Source: a virus
Lineage: Duplodnaviria; Caudoviricetes
IMG/VR virus record: IMGVR_UViG_3300042199_000380
Location: 1 to 24,168 of that record
Length of the DNA: 24,168 nt
Direction: 5' to 3' (one strand)
The notes under the pieces are model-generated. The model saw only the letters and a program-made list of their open reading frames with translations. It did no database searches and was not told the origin of the DNA. The position numbers and the translations under genes are program-made. Position 1 is the first letter of the stretch, and the number at the start of each line of letters is the position of its first letter. Shown here one piece after another: positions 1 to 7,954 of this stretch.

Positions 1-452
1 TTCGCGCGCACCGCCGCCGAATCGTCGGCGCAATGCGGGCACTCCTCGTCGCCGCAGTATTCGCAGAACGGCTCCCAATCGTTCAGGCCGACGCCGGGGC
101 GCGACGTCGCGGCGTGCCACGCGTAGGACTCGTCGTCGTCGATTCGGTCGTTGTGACGGTGCGCCTCGTCGAGCACTTCGTCGGTCAACGCGACGCGGTC
201 GCGCGACAGCCACCGGTCGCGGTTCTCGCGCATCGCCTCGACGACGATGTCCGCGAACGTCGTCGGGAACCACATCGCGACGCCGTATCCGATACGGTCG
301 CCGTCGATGGTGACGCCGAGATAGCCCACCGCGCCGCCGTCTGCATCCGCGCCCGTCATGTCCGCGAACAGCTTCGCCGACTCCTCGGTCTGGAACGTCC
401 CGATGCCCGACGCGCGATAGACCGTCCCGAACTCCGTCTCGATGTTCCGCAT
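1..452 (-). CDS. hypothetical protein, 3' end runs off the window; has a CxxC-x4-CxxC zinc-binding motif
   Basis: Not in the ORF track. ATG at 452 follows the AACGGAAGGGAGCA-N5 leader. Open frame MRNIETEFGTVY...WEPFCEYCGDEECPHCADD to the window edge, with GC3-rich codons. Confidence 0.8.
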   Translation of the reverse strand, partial: MRNIETEFGTVYRASGIGTFQTEESAKLFADMTGADADGGAVGYLGVTIDGDRIGYGVAMWFPTTFADIVVEAMRENRDRWLSRDRVALTDEVLDEAHRHNDRIDDDESYAWHAATSRPGVGLNDWEPFCEYCGDEECPHCADDSAAVRA

Positions 453-457
453 GTCCG

Positions 458-471
458 TGCTCCCTTCCGTT
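458..471 (-). promoter_or_regulatory. conserved start-associated leader AACGGAAGGGAGCA (copy 1 of 6)
   Basis: Exact 14-mer, 5 nt before ATG. Other copies at 724-737, 2617-2630, 2978-2991, 4527-4540, 5409-5422. Confidence 0.9.
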
Positions 472-481
472 CGAGGCTGAC

Positions 482-506
482 GGGGCGCGGCCGTTTGCCG
501 CGCCCC
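482..506. repeat. intergenic GC-rich hairpin
   Basis: GGGGCGCGGC-cgttt-GCCGCGCCCC, a 10-bp perfect stem with no U-tract. Confidence 0.75.
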
Positions 507-514
507 TCCGTCTG

Positions 515-718
515 CTACTTGTCGCGGTTCTCCACCCACCGCGACACGATGTCCGCTCGCTTCGCGTCGTCCGCCCACACCTTCCGGCACGCCCGCTTGC
601 CGCACAGTAGGCGCGGCACGCCGTTCGGCTTGCGACCGACGACCGTCTCGCCGGTGTAGTGACCGACGCGGTCCCCACACACGACGCAGAGCGTCGCCGA
701 CTTCCGGTAGTTCGCCAT
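515..718 (-). CDS. small Cys-rich hypothetical protein (67 aa)
   Basis: Conserved leader before ATG; CVVC...CGKRAC motifs. Confidence 0.8.
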   Translation of the reverse strand: MANYRKSATLCVVCGDRVGHYTGETVVGRKPNGVPRLLCGKRACRKVWADDAKRADIVSRWVENRDK

Positions 719-837
719 CGCGCTGCTCCCTTCCGTTTGAGTCTCGCCGTCGGGCCGTTCCCGCCGACATGCAAGACACTACCGGCACCGACTTCCCCGC
801 GCAAGTCCTTTTTTCGCCTACGGCAGTCGGCGCTTGC
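719..837 (-). promoter_or_regulatory. repeated promoter/leader module 1
   Basis: A-tract, TTGCGC (804-799), 17 nt, TAGTGT (781-776), hairpin CGGG-AACGG-CCCG, then AACGGAAGGGAGCA-N5-ATG. Confidence 0.8.
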
Positions 838-844
838 GGAGCCG

Positions 845-1042
845 CTACTCGACCAGTTTCGCCAGCCGCCCCATCGCCTGCGCGAATCCGACCGACGAGT
901 AGAGCGTCCCCGCGCGCCACTCCTTCACCGCCTCGCGCGCAGCCTCGAACACCTCGTCGGCCTTCGCTGCCCGCACACGCGCGGCGCGCTTCTCTGCCAC
1001 GCGCGCCGCCGCCGCCTCGCGCTCCTTGTCGCGCGCCATCAT
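845..1042 (-). CDS. hypothetical protein (65 aa, helical)
   Basis: MMARDKEREAAAARVAEK...; start overlaps the upstream stop (ATGA at 1042-1039). The ORF-track 5' extension is unlikely. Confidence 0.7.
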   Translation of the reverse strand: MMARDKEREAAAARVAEKRAARVRAAKADEVFEAAREAVKEWRAGTLYSSVGFAQAMGRLAKLVE

Positions 1043-1362
1043 CCGCCCCCGACCGCACACTCGCCGCACAGGTACTCCCCGCGCTCGAGCCGCGTCGCGA
1101 CGTTCCGACACTTCGAGCCGCCCGCGCGCACCCACTCGCACACGACGGGCCGCGTGTTCTCCGCCACCATCCGAACCGCGACCGCGTCGCCGAGCGTCAT
1201 GCCCTCCGCGAACGTCTCCCACCCGCGCACCTCGCGCCCGATACAGAACGACGTGTCGGCCTCCGAGAACAACACCCGCCACTCCCACGGACGCCGCATG
1301 AGTTCGACCGCCTTCACCCGCTCCCACTCCTGCTGCACCTCGACCGACAGGTCCGACAGCAT
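1039..1362 (-). CDS. hypothetical protein with C-terminal Cys cluster (107 aa)
   Basis: GGAGG RBS; C...C...CGEC motif. Confidence 0.75.
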   Translation of the reverse strand: MLSDLSVEVQQEWERVKAVELMRRPWEWRVLFSEADTSFCIGREVRGWETFAEGMTLGDAVAVRMVAENTRPVVCEWVRAGGSKCRNVATRLERGEYLCGECAVGGG

Positions 1363-1363
1363 C

Positions 1364-1489
1364 TTAGCCTCCCGTCTGCGTCACGCTGTTGAGCAGCCCG
1401 ATGAGCCACACGAACGCGAACGCCGCGCCGACCATCGCGACCACCACGACCCACCACCACCACGACATGAGCTTCGGTTCACCGTTCAT
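1364..1489 (-). CDS. small membrane peptide (41 aa)
   Basis: Not in the ORF track. GGAGG-N5-ATG; MNGEPKLMSWWWWVVVVAMVGAAFAFVWLIGLLNSVTQTGG*, one hydrophobic helix; fills the intergenic gap. Confidence 0.75.
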   Translation of the reverse strand: MNGEPKLMSWWWWVVVVAMVGAAFAFVWLIGLLNSVTQTGG

Positions 1490-1507
1490 CGTCGCCTCCG
1501 TGCGAGA

Positions 1508-1536
1508 GAAGGGCGCGCGCCTCGCGACGCGCGCCC
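1508..1536. repeat. hairpin repeat downstream of the DUF932 gene
   Basis: GAAGGGCGCGCGCC-TCGC-GACGCGCGCCC; near-identical copy at 2639-2668. Confidence 0.75.
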
Positions 1537-1543
1537 CGTTCCG

Positions 1544-2611
1544 TTAGACCGCGACCGTCGCGTGGTCGCGCTGCGCCTTCACGCACGCCGACACGACCCG
1601 CTCGAGCACCGCCTGCTTGCGCTCGACGAGCCGCCCGCCGATGAGCGCCGCGACGCGCGACCCGTTCGTGCGGTACAGCGTCGCGTCGTGGTCGATGACC
1701 TCGACCGCGCCGTTGTACGCCTCCCACGCCGAGTGGTCGCCCGTGTGACCCTTCCCCCCGGTCCACGCCTCGCGCAGAGCCGTGCGACGCCGCTCCGCCG
1801 CCGCGTAGGCAAGGTCGTATCCGCGCGTGGTCATGTGCTCCGCCTCGACCGTCCCGAGGTCCGGAGGCAGCGGAGACGCGACGTCGAGCACCGTGCGGAC
1901 GAACGCGTCGACCGTGAGCCGCGTCGACTTCATCAGCGCGTAGGATTCCGCGATGCTCTTGTATCGGTCGATGAGCCCAACGAACATCCGCTCGGCCGCC
2001 TCGACCACCTTCGTGCGCGCGTCGCCGACATGAGCCACCGCGACCGCGCTCGTCGCGTCCATCCGCGACACCGCCGCCCCGAGCGTGTTCGCGCACACCA
2101 CGCGAATCGGCGTCTCCATCACGAGGCACCGCGACTCGCCCGCGTGGTTGTTCGTGATGAGCGCGAACGGAATCACCTCGTCGGCGAACACCTCACGGAC
2201 GACCGGGTCGTCGATGTTGAACCGAGCCATCAGCCACGCGTCGCGACCGCCGCGCAACGTCCCGCCCGTCTCGAGCGTCGCGACGCCCTTGTCGAGCAGC
2301 GGCTCGAGCACGCCGAACGCGTCGCGATTCGCGAGCGGCGTGTACCGCTCCTTCACCACGCCGAGCACCGTGCCACGGTCCATCCGGACCACCGCGCGCC
2401 CGACGCCCGTCGGCTCGTACAGGTCCGCGTCGGCCGCCTTGACGAACAGTTCGCGGAGTTCGACGTCGTAGTCACAGCCCGCGAGGTGCATCGCATCCGC
2501 GAACGTCGGGGCCTCCGTCAAGATAGTGCCCTCGCCGTGCCACGGCGTCGCGCCGACCGAGAACATCGCCTTGCGACCCGTCGCCTTGTTCGTGTCCAGT
2601 TCGTGAGCCAT
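1544..2611 (-). CDS. DUF932 family phage/plasmid protein (TIGR03299-like)
   Basis: MAHE...PWHGEG, LGVVKERYTPLAN, ETGGTLRGGR, NNHAG, TPIRVVCANTL, SAWEAYNGAVE motifs. Confidence 0.85.
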   Translation of the reverse strand: MAHELDTNKATGRKAMFSVGATPWHGEGTILTEAPTFADAMHLAGCDYDVELRELFVKAADADLYEPTGVGRAVVRMDRGTVLGVVKERYTPLANRDAFGVLEPLLDKGVATLETGGTLRGGRDAWLMARFNIDDPVVREVFADEVIPFALITNNHAGESRCLVMETPIRVVCANTLGAAVSRMDATSAVAVAHVGDARTKVVEAAERMFVGLIDRYKSIAESYALMKSTRLTVDAFVRTVLDVASPLPPDLGTVEAEHMTTRGYDLAYAAAERRRTALREAWTGGKGHTGDHSAWEAYNGAVEVIDHDATLYRTNGSRVAALIGGRLVERKQAVLERVVSACVKAQRDHATVAV

Positions 2612-2638
2612 CGTGTTGCTCCCTTCCGTTGACTGCGT

Positions 2639-2668
2639 GAAGGGCGCGCGCCGCGTTGACGCGCGCCC
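2639..2668. repeat. hairpin repeat upstream of the DUF932 gene
   Basis: GAAGGGCGCGCGCC-GCGTT-GACGCGCGCCC. Confidence 0.75.
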
Positions 2669-2678
2669 GGTGAACCGC

Positions 2679-2972
2679 CTACCTGTCGTTCGGCATGTCC
2701 TCGACGCTGTAGATGTCGCGCGTCGTGAACGTCCCCGTGTAGAGCCACGTCTGCGGGCAATCCCACGACTCGTGCGCCACCACCGCCGCGTAACCCATCG
2801 CGCGGACCTCGTGGAGCACCTTGAACGCCTCCGTGCGCGTCATCGGAGCCGACGACTTCCACTCGAACCGAGCCGTGCCACCGACGCGGAACCGGACAAC
2901 GTGGTCGACCTTCTCCACCGCCGGAACCGTACCCGCCACCAGCGCCGCCGCGACTGCCTTCGCGTTGTTCAT
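2679..2972 (-). CDS. hypothetical protein (97 aa)
   Basis: Conserved leader before ATG; coding-like codon usage. Confidence 0.8.
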   Translation of the reverse strand: MNNAKAVAAALVAGTVPAVEKVDHVVRFRVGGTARFEWKSSAPMTRTEAFKVLHEVRAMGYAAVVAHESWDCPQTWLYTGTFTTRDIYSVEDMPNDR

Positions 2973-3095
2973 CGTCGTGCTCCCTTCCGTTTGAGTCCCG
3001 CCGTCCGGGGCGTCTCCCCGTCGACATAGCTAACTATCGTCCATCCGACCTGCCCGCGCAAGTCTTTTTTTTCGCCTACGGCAGTCGGCGCTTGC
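2973..3095 (-). promoter_or_regulatory. repeated promoter/leader module 2
   Basis: A8 tract, TTGCGC (3061-3056), 17 nt, GATAGT (3038-3033), hairpin GGGG-AGACG-CCCC, conserved leader. Confidence 0.8.
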
Positions 3096-3789
3096 TCGGT
3101 CCCTCGTCCCCGTCCGGGAGCGCGACCGTGAACCCACGCAGCCGCCCGAGGTCGCGCGTCACCGTCTCTTTGGTCGTCGCCGCCTCGCGCATCGGAGGCC
3201 CGTCGCCCACCGCACGCGCGCGCGCCTCGTCGAGCCGCGCCCTCTGCGCTTCGAGCATCCCCTCAACGCGCATCAGCGCCGCGCCCGAGTGCTCCGCGCG
3301 AGCCTTGTCCTCCGCCTCGCGCTTCGCCTTCACGAGCCGGTAGATAATCGTGTCGGTCATGCCGAGCGCGTAATGGTAGCGCAGCGTCGTGTTGTCCAAC
3401 TCCGCGAGCGCGATGCGCCACACCTCCGCCGCCAGATGTTCATAGAGCACGCGCACCCGCTCGACGTCACGCTTGCGCCCGACCACGCGCACCATGTTCT
3501 TGCCGCTGTACGTCACCGCGATGTAGGCGAACACGCCGTGCATCGTCCCGAGCCCGCCGATGAGCGCCGACCGCCACTTCTCGGCCTTGTGTTCCGTCGC
3601 GACCGTCTCGTGTCCCGACCACTCGTCCTCGCCCACCTCGCCGAGCACCGCCTCGTCGATGTCGTGCTTGAGCATGAGCGCGGTCGCAGCCGCCGCAGCA
3701 GCCGCCGCCTCGTCCGCCGTCGCTCCCTTCCCGCGCGCGAGCGCGAGCAGCTTCCGAACCTTGTCCATCGCCTTCTGTCGGTCGTCCAT
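3076..3789 (-). CDS. DUF2786 domain protein
   Basis: N-terminal DKVRKLLALA...ADEAAAA...ALMLKHDID signature; GGAGG RBS before the ATG at 3789. Confidence 0.8.
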   Translation of the reverse strand: MDDRQKAMDKVRKLLALARGKGATADEAAAAAAAATALMLKHDIDEAVLGEVGEDEWSGHETVATEHKAEKWRSALIGGLGTMHGVFAYIAVTYSGKNMVRVVGRKRDVERVRVLYEHLAAEVWRIALAELDNTTLRYHYALGMTDTIIYRLVKAKREAEDKARAEHSGAALMRVEGMLEAQRARLDEARARAVGDGPPMREAATTKETVTRDLGRLRGFTVALPDGDEGPSKRRLP

Positions 3790-3790
3790 G

Positions 3791-4003
3791 TCAGTACGCC
3801 TCCGAGCCCGCGAACCGTTCACGATACTGCGCGCGCCACCACGTCACGACGATGGCCGCATGACACGCCGAGAGCCCGAACGCCGCCTCGAGCCTCGGCC
3901 TCACGACGCGGTCAGCGGAGCCCGCCGCCTCCTCCGCCACCGCATCGAGGAACGCGACCATGTCGTCGGTCGCAAACGCCGGTCGCCCCTTGAACGCAGT
4001 CAC
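3791..4003 (-). CDS. hypothetical protein (70 aa)
   Basis: GTGA overlap with the upstream stop and GAGGTGG RBS; MTAFKGRPAFATDDMVAFLD... Confidence 0.7.
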   Translation of the reverse strand: MTAFKGRPAFATDDMVAFLDAVAEEAAGSADRVVRPRLEAAFGLSACHAAIVVTWWRAQYRERFAGSEAY

Positions 4004-4521
4004 GACGCCACCTCGAAGTCGAGCCACAACTGCTCGAGCTTGCCCGCCTCCTGCGCCGCCGCGATGACCTCCGCCGCCTTCGCGCGACCGAGCGCGATGT
4101 CGACCTGCATCGTATCGACGCCGTGCTGCGCGTAGCCGCGACGGATGCCCGCGACGTAGCCATCGCTCGGCATCGTGCGCCACCGCTCGACGCCGTCCGC
4201 CATGACGTAGACGAACGCGCGCACCTTCCGGCCCTGCCACAGCACGGTCACAGTGCGCTTGACGTAGTACGTCGGGAATCCCTCGAACCGGTCGAGCGCC
4301 TTCTCGTCGGCCGCCGTCACCGACCACAGCACGCCCTGCACTTCGCACCCGTCGTGCTCGACGACGTCGGCGTGCAGCCTGAACTCGAACTCGAACCCCT
4401 CGAGCGTCGCCGCCCCGAGAGACGTCGCGCTCGGCGCGCGGCGCTTCATCGCCCCGAGTTCCGTGTTCGCGCCGTAGGAGAACATCAGCCGCTCGCTCGA
4501 CTTCTTCGTCCGCTTCTTCAT
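4000..4521 (-). CDS. gamma-glutamylcyclotransferase (GGCT/AIG2-like) family protein
   Basis: MFSYGAN, VQGVLWSV, LDRFEGFPTYY, AFVYVM, PSDGYV motifs; conserved leader before the ATG at 4521. Confidence 0.88.
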   Translation of the reverse strand: MKKRTKKSSERLMFSYGANTELGAMKRRAPSATSLGAATLEGFEFEFRLHADVVEHDGCEVQGVLWSVTAADEKALDRFEGFPTYYVKRTVTVLWQGRKVRAFVYVMADGVERWRTMPSDGYVAGIRRGYAQHGVDTMQVDIALGRAKAAEVIAAAQEAGKLEQLWLDFEVAS

Positions 4522-4611
4522 CGTGTTGCTCCCTTCCGTTCGTTCCCGCGTCGGGGGGCGTTTCCCCCCGACGTCCACCACTGTACCTGCTTCGACTTGC
4601 TCGCGCAAGCC
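4522..4611 (-). promoter_or_regulatory. repeated promoter/leader module 3
   Basis: TTGCGC (4608-4603), 17 nt, TACAGT (4585-4580), hairpin CGTCGGGGGG-AAACG-CCCCCCGACG, conserved leader. Confidence 0.8.
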
Positions 4612-5403
4612 CTACCGCGTCGCCGCCTCGCGCTCCGCCAACTGCGCGCGGCGGGCGACGAGGAGGTGACGGTACGGAGCCTCGACGCGAGACAGGAGGC
4701 GCGAGAAGGTGAACTGCGTCTTGCTCTCGACGTCACGGAGACGGCCCGCGCGGTTCACGAGGCCGACGCACATGGCGACCCAACCGACCACCTTGTCGGC
4801 GTCCGTCGTGCCAGCCGCCTGACGGAACTCGACCGTGCCGTGGCGGCGCGTCGCCTCGAGGTTCAGGTTGTGGTAGCGGTCGCAGTTCAGCGCCGACCGC
4901 AGGTCCGCGACCGTCTCCGCCGCCTTCACCGTCTTGAGCGCCTGCTCGACGCCGCCGAGCGTGCGCGCGACCGACTTCGCCCAATCGGTACGACGACGCG
5001 ACGCCGGGACCAGCGAGTTGATGGCACCCTCGAACCGGACCACCGTCGCGAGGAGCTTCTTCATCGCGTCCGCCGACAGGTCGTTCGCGTCGACGTGGAC
5101 GTGGAACCCGCACGACGAGTTTACCGTGACGCCGTTCGCGTTGAGCACCGCGCACACGAGGCGAAGCGTCTCGACCGACGCGGCGGTGAAGGGCATCGGG
5201 GGCGACACGAGTTCGTAGGCGTTGTGACCGGCGAGGCTGCCGTCCGGGACAATCTTCCACGAGTCCATCGTCTCGTGCGTGTAACCGGGGACCGTCGTCG
5301 CAACGCCCGCCGCGTTGAGCTTCGACGCGAGACGCGACGCCGCCATGTACGCACCGCCGACAATCTCCAGCTCGACCCCGAACTTCCGCGCCTGCTTCGC
5401 CAT
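4612..5403 (-). CDS. putative amidoligase (COOH-NH2 ligase, Amidoligase_2-like)
   Basis: FGVELE, WKIVPDGSL, ELVSPP, SCGFHVHV, RYHNLNL, GTVEFR motifs. Confidence 0.88.
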   Translation of the reverse strand: MAKQARKFGVELEIVGGAYMAASRLASKLNAAGVATTVPGYTHETMDSWKIVPDGSLAGHNAYELVSPPMPFTAASVETLRLVCAVLNANGVTVNSSCGFHVHVDANDLSADAMKKLLATVVRFEGAINSLVPASRRRTDWAKSVARTLGGVEQALKTVKAAETVADLRSALNCDRYHNLNLEATRRHGTVEFRQAAGTTDADKVVGWVAMCVGLVNRAGRLRDVESKTQFTFSRLLSRVEAPYRHLLVARRAQLAEREAATR

Positions 5404-5500
5404 CGCCGTGCTCCCTTCCGTTTGCTTCGTTCACTCGCCGCCGGGCCTCTCCCGCCGACATGAGCAACTATCGTCCATCCGGCTTCCCCGCGCAAGTCGA
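5404..5500 (-). promoter_or_regulatory. repeated promoter/leader module 4
   Basis: TTGCGC (5495-5490), 17 nt, GATAGT (5472-5467), hairpin CGGG-AGAGG-CCCG, conserved leader. Confidence 0.8.
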
Positions 5501-5559
5501 AAAGCTGTCTTTTTGTAACTATTTTTCTACCTGTTCAGCCGCAACAGGATAGCCGGTCG

Positions 5560-7476
5560 CTACCGCCAGCCGTTGACCCATCCCGCGCGCGGCCGCGCGC
5601 GCATCGCCACGCGCGCAGTCGGTTCTGCGGGTTCTGCCGCGCGCGCCTCCTCCGGTTTCTCGTCCACTCGCACCGACCACCGCGCCGCCCGCTCGCCCAA
5701 CGCGCGCATGATTCCCGCGCCCGCGATACGCAGCGCAGCCAACGAGTAGACCATGAGGTCGAATGCTTCGTTGCGTTCGCGCGTCTTGACCCACTCGCGC
5801 ACCGCGCCCTTGCCGCGAACGTACTTGCGAACCGCCTTCTCTGCTGTCAACTGCTCGAGGAACTCGTCATCACACACCGACGCGGGCAGATGGATGTAGC
5901 CCGGACCCGCGACAGGCACCTGCAATCGCGAGAGCACCGTCTCCTTTCCCGCATCGGTACACAGCACCCACAACGGCAGCCCGTACTTGTTCGTTGTCGA
6001 CGGACGCTCGACCAACGGACGCCCCGTCACCGAGCCACCCTTCACCGGGTACACGCGTCGACCGCCCGCGATGCTCGCCTTGCAATACTTGTAGACCTCG
6101 TCGGTATGCGCGCCACCGCTGTCGATGACACACAGTTCGACCTTGAGCCGTTGTCCGCTCGCGTGCAGGTAATCGCGCGCGAGAAACGCCGTCAGGTCCG
6201 ACCACACCTGCGTGCCCGCCGGGTCGCCGTGAAGCTGCGAGAACGCAACGACCCACGTCTCCTCGCCCTCGCCGTATCCGACGACGACCGCTTCGAGTCG
6301 GTCGCCCTGCGTATCGACCGACGCGAGCAAGATGCCGACGCCGTCCGGCACCTCGGCGTCGTACACCTCGAGCCGGTCGCGCAATCGCTCGACCTTCACG
6401 CCGTCGCCCTTCTCCTCCCACGTCTCCGCGAGCACCGTGTTGACGAACACCTTGAGCCGTTCCGGGTTCTTGCCGACACGCAGCCACTCCTCGGCGATGT
6501 TTTCCCACGACCGCCACGGCGAATAGAGCGCGCTCATGTGATACCCGCGCACGCGCCGTCCCGGATACTGCGCGACCCACTCGCCCTCGGCGAGCATCCG
6601 CTCCTTGTCGTTCTCGCGAATCGACTCGCCGCACGCCTCGCACTTGTAGACCGTCGAGTCCGGCACGAGCACTCCGTCCTCGTCGCGCTCGAACATGATG
6701 CGGTCCCATCGCAAAATCTGCCGATGAGCACAGTGCGGGCACGGGACGTGGTATCGCCGCTGGTCCGACTCCTCGAACGCCTGCTCGATTCGAGACGTGC
6801 CCTTGTTCGTCGGCGTGCTCGTCTTGATTTTCTTCCGGTTCCAGAACGTGTCGGTGCGTCGCTCCGCGAGCATCACCGGGTCGCCTTCCGTTCCCGCGCT
6901 CGCAGGAAAGCGGTCGACCTCGTCGCACAGCACGATGCGGATAGGACGCGACGCCAACGACGACGGCGCGTTGGCACCGACCGCCGCGATGTACCCGCCG
7001 GGGAACGACTTGTGCAGGATGGTGTTGTCGCTGTCGCGCGACTTCGCGTCGCTCACCTTCCCGCGCAGGCACGGCATCTCCTCGACCATCGGCGAGAGCC
7101 GGTCCTTCGACCACGCCTGCGCGAGTTCGACCGTGGGCTGTACCGCGAGAATCGGGCACGGGTCTTGGTCGATGTAGTACCCGAGGACCGTATTCAACAC
7201 CTCGGTCTTACCGACCTGCGACCCCGTCATCAGGACGATGTCCTCGACTTCGTCGTCGCACACCGCGTCGAGCCATTCGCGCTGGTACGGCGCGCGCTGC
7301 CATCGGAACTGTCCGGGCTCCGCGCTCGAACGCGCCGATAGCACTCGCTCGTCGTTGGCCCACTCTGACACCAGTCGACGCGGAGGCGGAGCCGCGCCAC
7401 GCAGCGCCTTCGCCAGTCTCTCGACTACCGAGTAGGCCGCGCGCCCGTCAGCCTTCTGCCTCGACTTCGTCGCCAA
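5560..7476 (-). CDS. terL: terminase large subunit, lambda gpA family
   Basis: APYQRE, GSQVGKTE Walker A, VLCDEVD Walker B, STPT, CPHC...CEAC, VDTQ and IDSGG nuclease motifs, RNEAFD. Confidence 0.95.
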   Translation of the reverse strand: MATKSRQKADGRAAYSVVERLAKALRGAAPPPRRLVSEWANDERVLSARSSAEPGQFRWQRAPYQREWLDAVCDDEVEDIVLMTGSQVGKTEVLNTVLGYYIDQDPCPILAVQPTVELAQAWSKDRLSPMVEEMPCLRGKVSDAKSRDSDNTILHKSFPGGYIAAVGANAPSSLASRPIRIVLCDEVDRFPASAGTEGDPVMLAERRTDTFWNRKKIKTSTPTNKGTSRIEQAFEESDQRRYHVPCPHCAHRQILRWDRIMFERDEDGVLVPDSTVYKCEACGESIRENDKERMLAEGEWVAQYPGRRVRGYHMSALYSPWRSWENIAEEWLRVGKNPERLKVFVNTVLAETWEEKGDGVKVERLRDRLEVYDAEVPDGVGILLASVDTQGDRLEAVVVGYGEGEETWVVAFSQLHGDPAGTQVWSDLTAFLARDYLHASGQRLKVELCVIDSGGAHTDEVYKYCKASIAGGRRVYPVKGGSVTGRPLVERPSTTNKYGLPLWVLCTDAGKETVLSRLQVPVAGPGYIHLPASVCDDEFLEQLTAEKAVRKYVRGKGAVREWVKTRERNEAFDLMVYSLAALRIAGAGIMRALGERAARWSVRVDEKPEEARAAEPAEPTARVAMRARPRAGWVNGWR

Positions 7477-7951
7477 TCGCCGCCACCTCGCCTAGTGCGT
7501 CGTGGACGATGCCCACCAGCAGCCTATGAGCCTCCGCCCTCGAGGTTCCCGCTGCCCACTTCACGGCCCCCGCCGACACACTCGCGAGCATCCGTGCGCG
7601 CATCTTCTCGACAGCCTTCTCCCACATCGCCGCCGCGATGTCGACCTCGACCACCTCGCCGCGACGCCGCGCGAGTTCCATCTCCTTGAGCGCGCGGTCG
7701 GCCTGCAACACGCGCAGCCGTTCCGCTGCCATGTCCGCACCGTCGACGCCATTGAGCGCCGGGTTCGGCGACCGCGTCTCGAGCTTCTTCTGCAAGAAGC
7801 GGATGTACCACGCCGTACACTTAAGCAGGTCGTAACGCCCGCGCCCCTCCGTCGGCATCTTCTCCTCCGCGACGAGTTGCTGCACTCGGCGCGGGGTGAT
7901 GTTCCAGAACGACGCGAGGTCGCCGACCTTGACGGTGCCTGCCTTTGCCAC
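7448..7951 (-). CDS. terS: terminase small subunit, Nu1-like
   Basis: N-terminal wHTH (ITPRRVQQL...GRYDLLKCTAWY), coiled coil ERLR...ELARRRGEVV; overlaps terL. Confidence 0.85.
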   Translation of the reverse strand: MAKAGTVKVGDLASFWNITPRRVQQLVAEEKMPTEGRGRYDLLKCTAWYIRFLQKKLETRSPNPALNGVDGADMAAERLRVLQADRALKEMELARRRGEVVEVDIAAAMWEKAVEKMRARMLASVSAGAVKWAAGTSRAEAHRLLVGIVHDALGEVAAIGDEVEAEG

Positions 7952-7954
7952 GCA

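Noticed and set aside
809-834. Intrinsic terminator at the T-tracts (also 3065-3090)
   Set aside because: Orientation is wrong on both strands (T-run precedes the stem on plus; A-run follows it on minus); better read as an A-tract/UP element before the -35.
818-847. TAG stop-codon reassignment suggested by the in-frame tail after ORF 845-1042
   Set aside because: TAG ends many clearly complete genes (terL, amidoligase, GT, endolysin), and no conserved gene is interrupted by TAG.
3683-3720. GCC/GCA repeat run as a regulatory microsatellite
   Set aside because: It simply encodes the poly-Ala helix of the DUF2786 domain.
453-5500. Repeats as a CRISPR array or integron attC sites
   Set aside because: Spacing is gene-sized and irregular, repeats sit at translation starts, and no cas or integrase gene or convincing attC box structure is seen.
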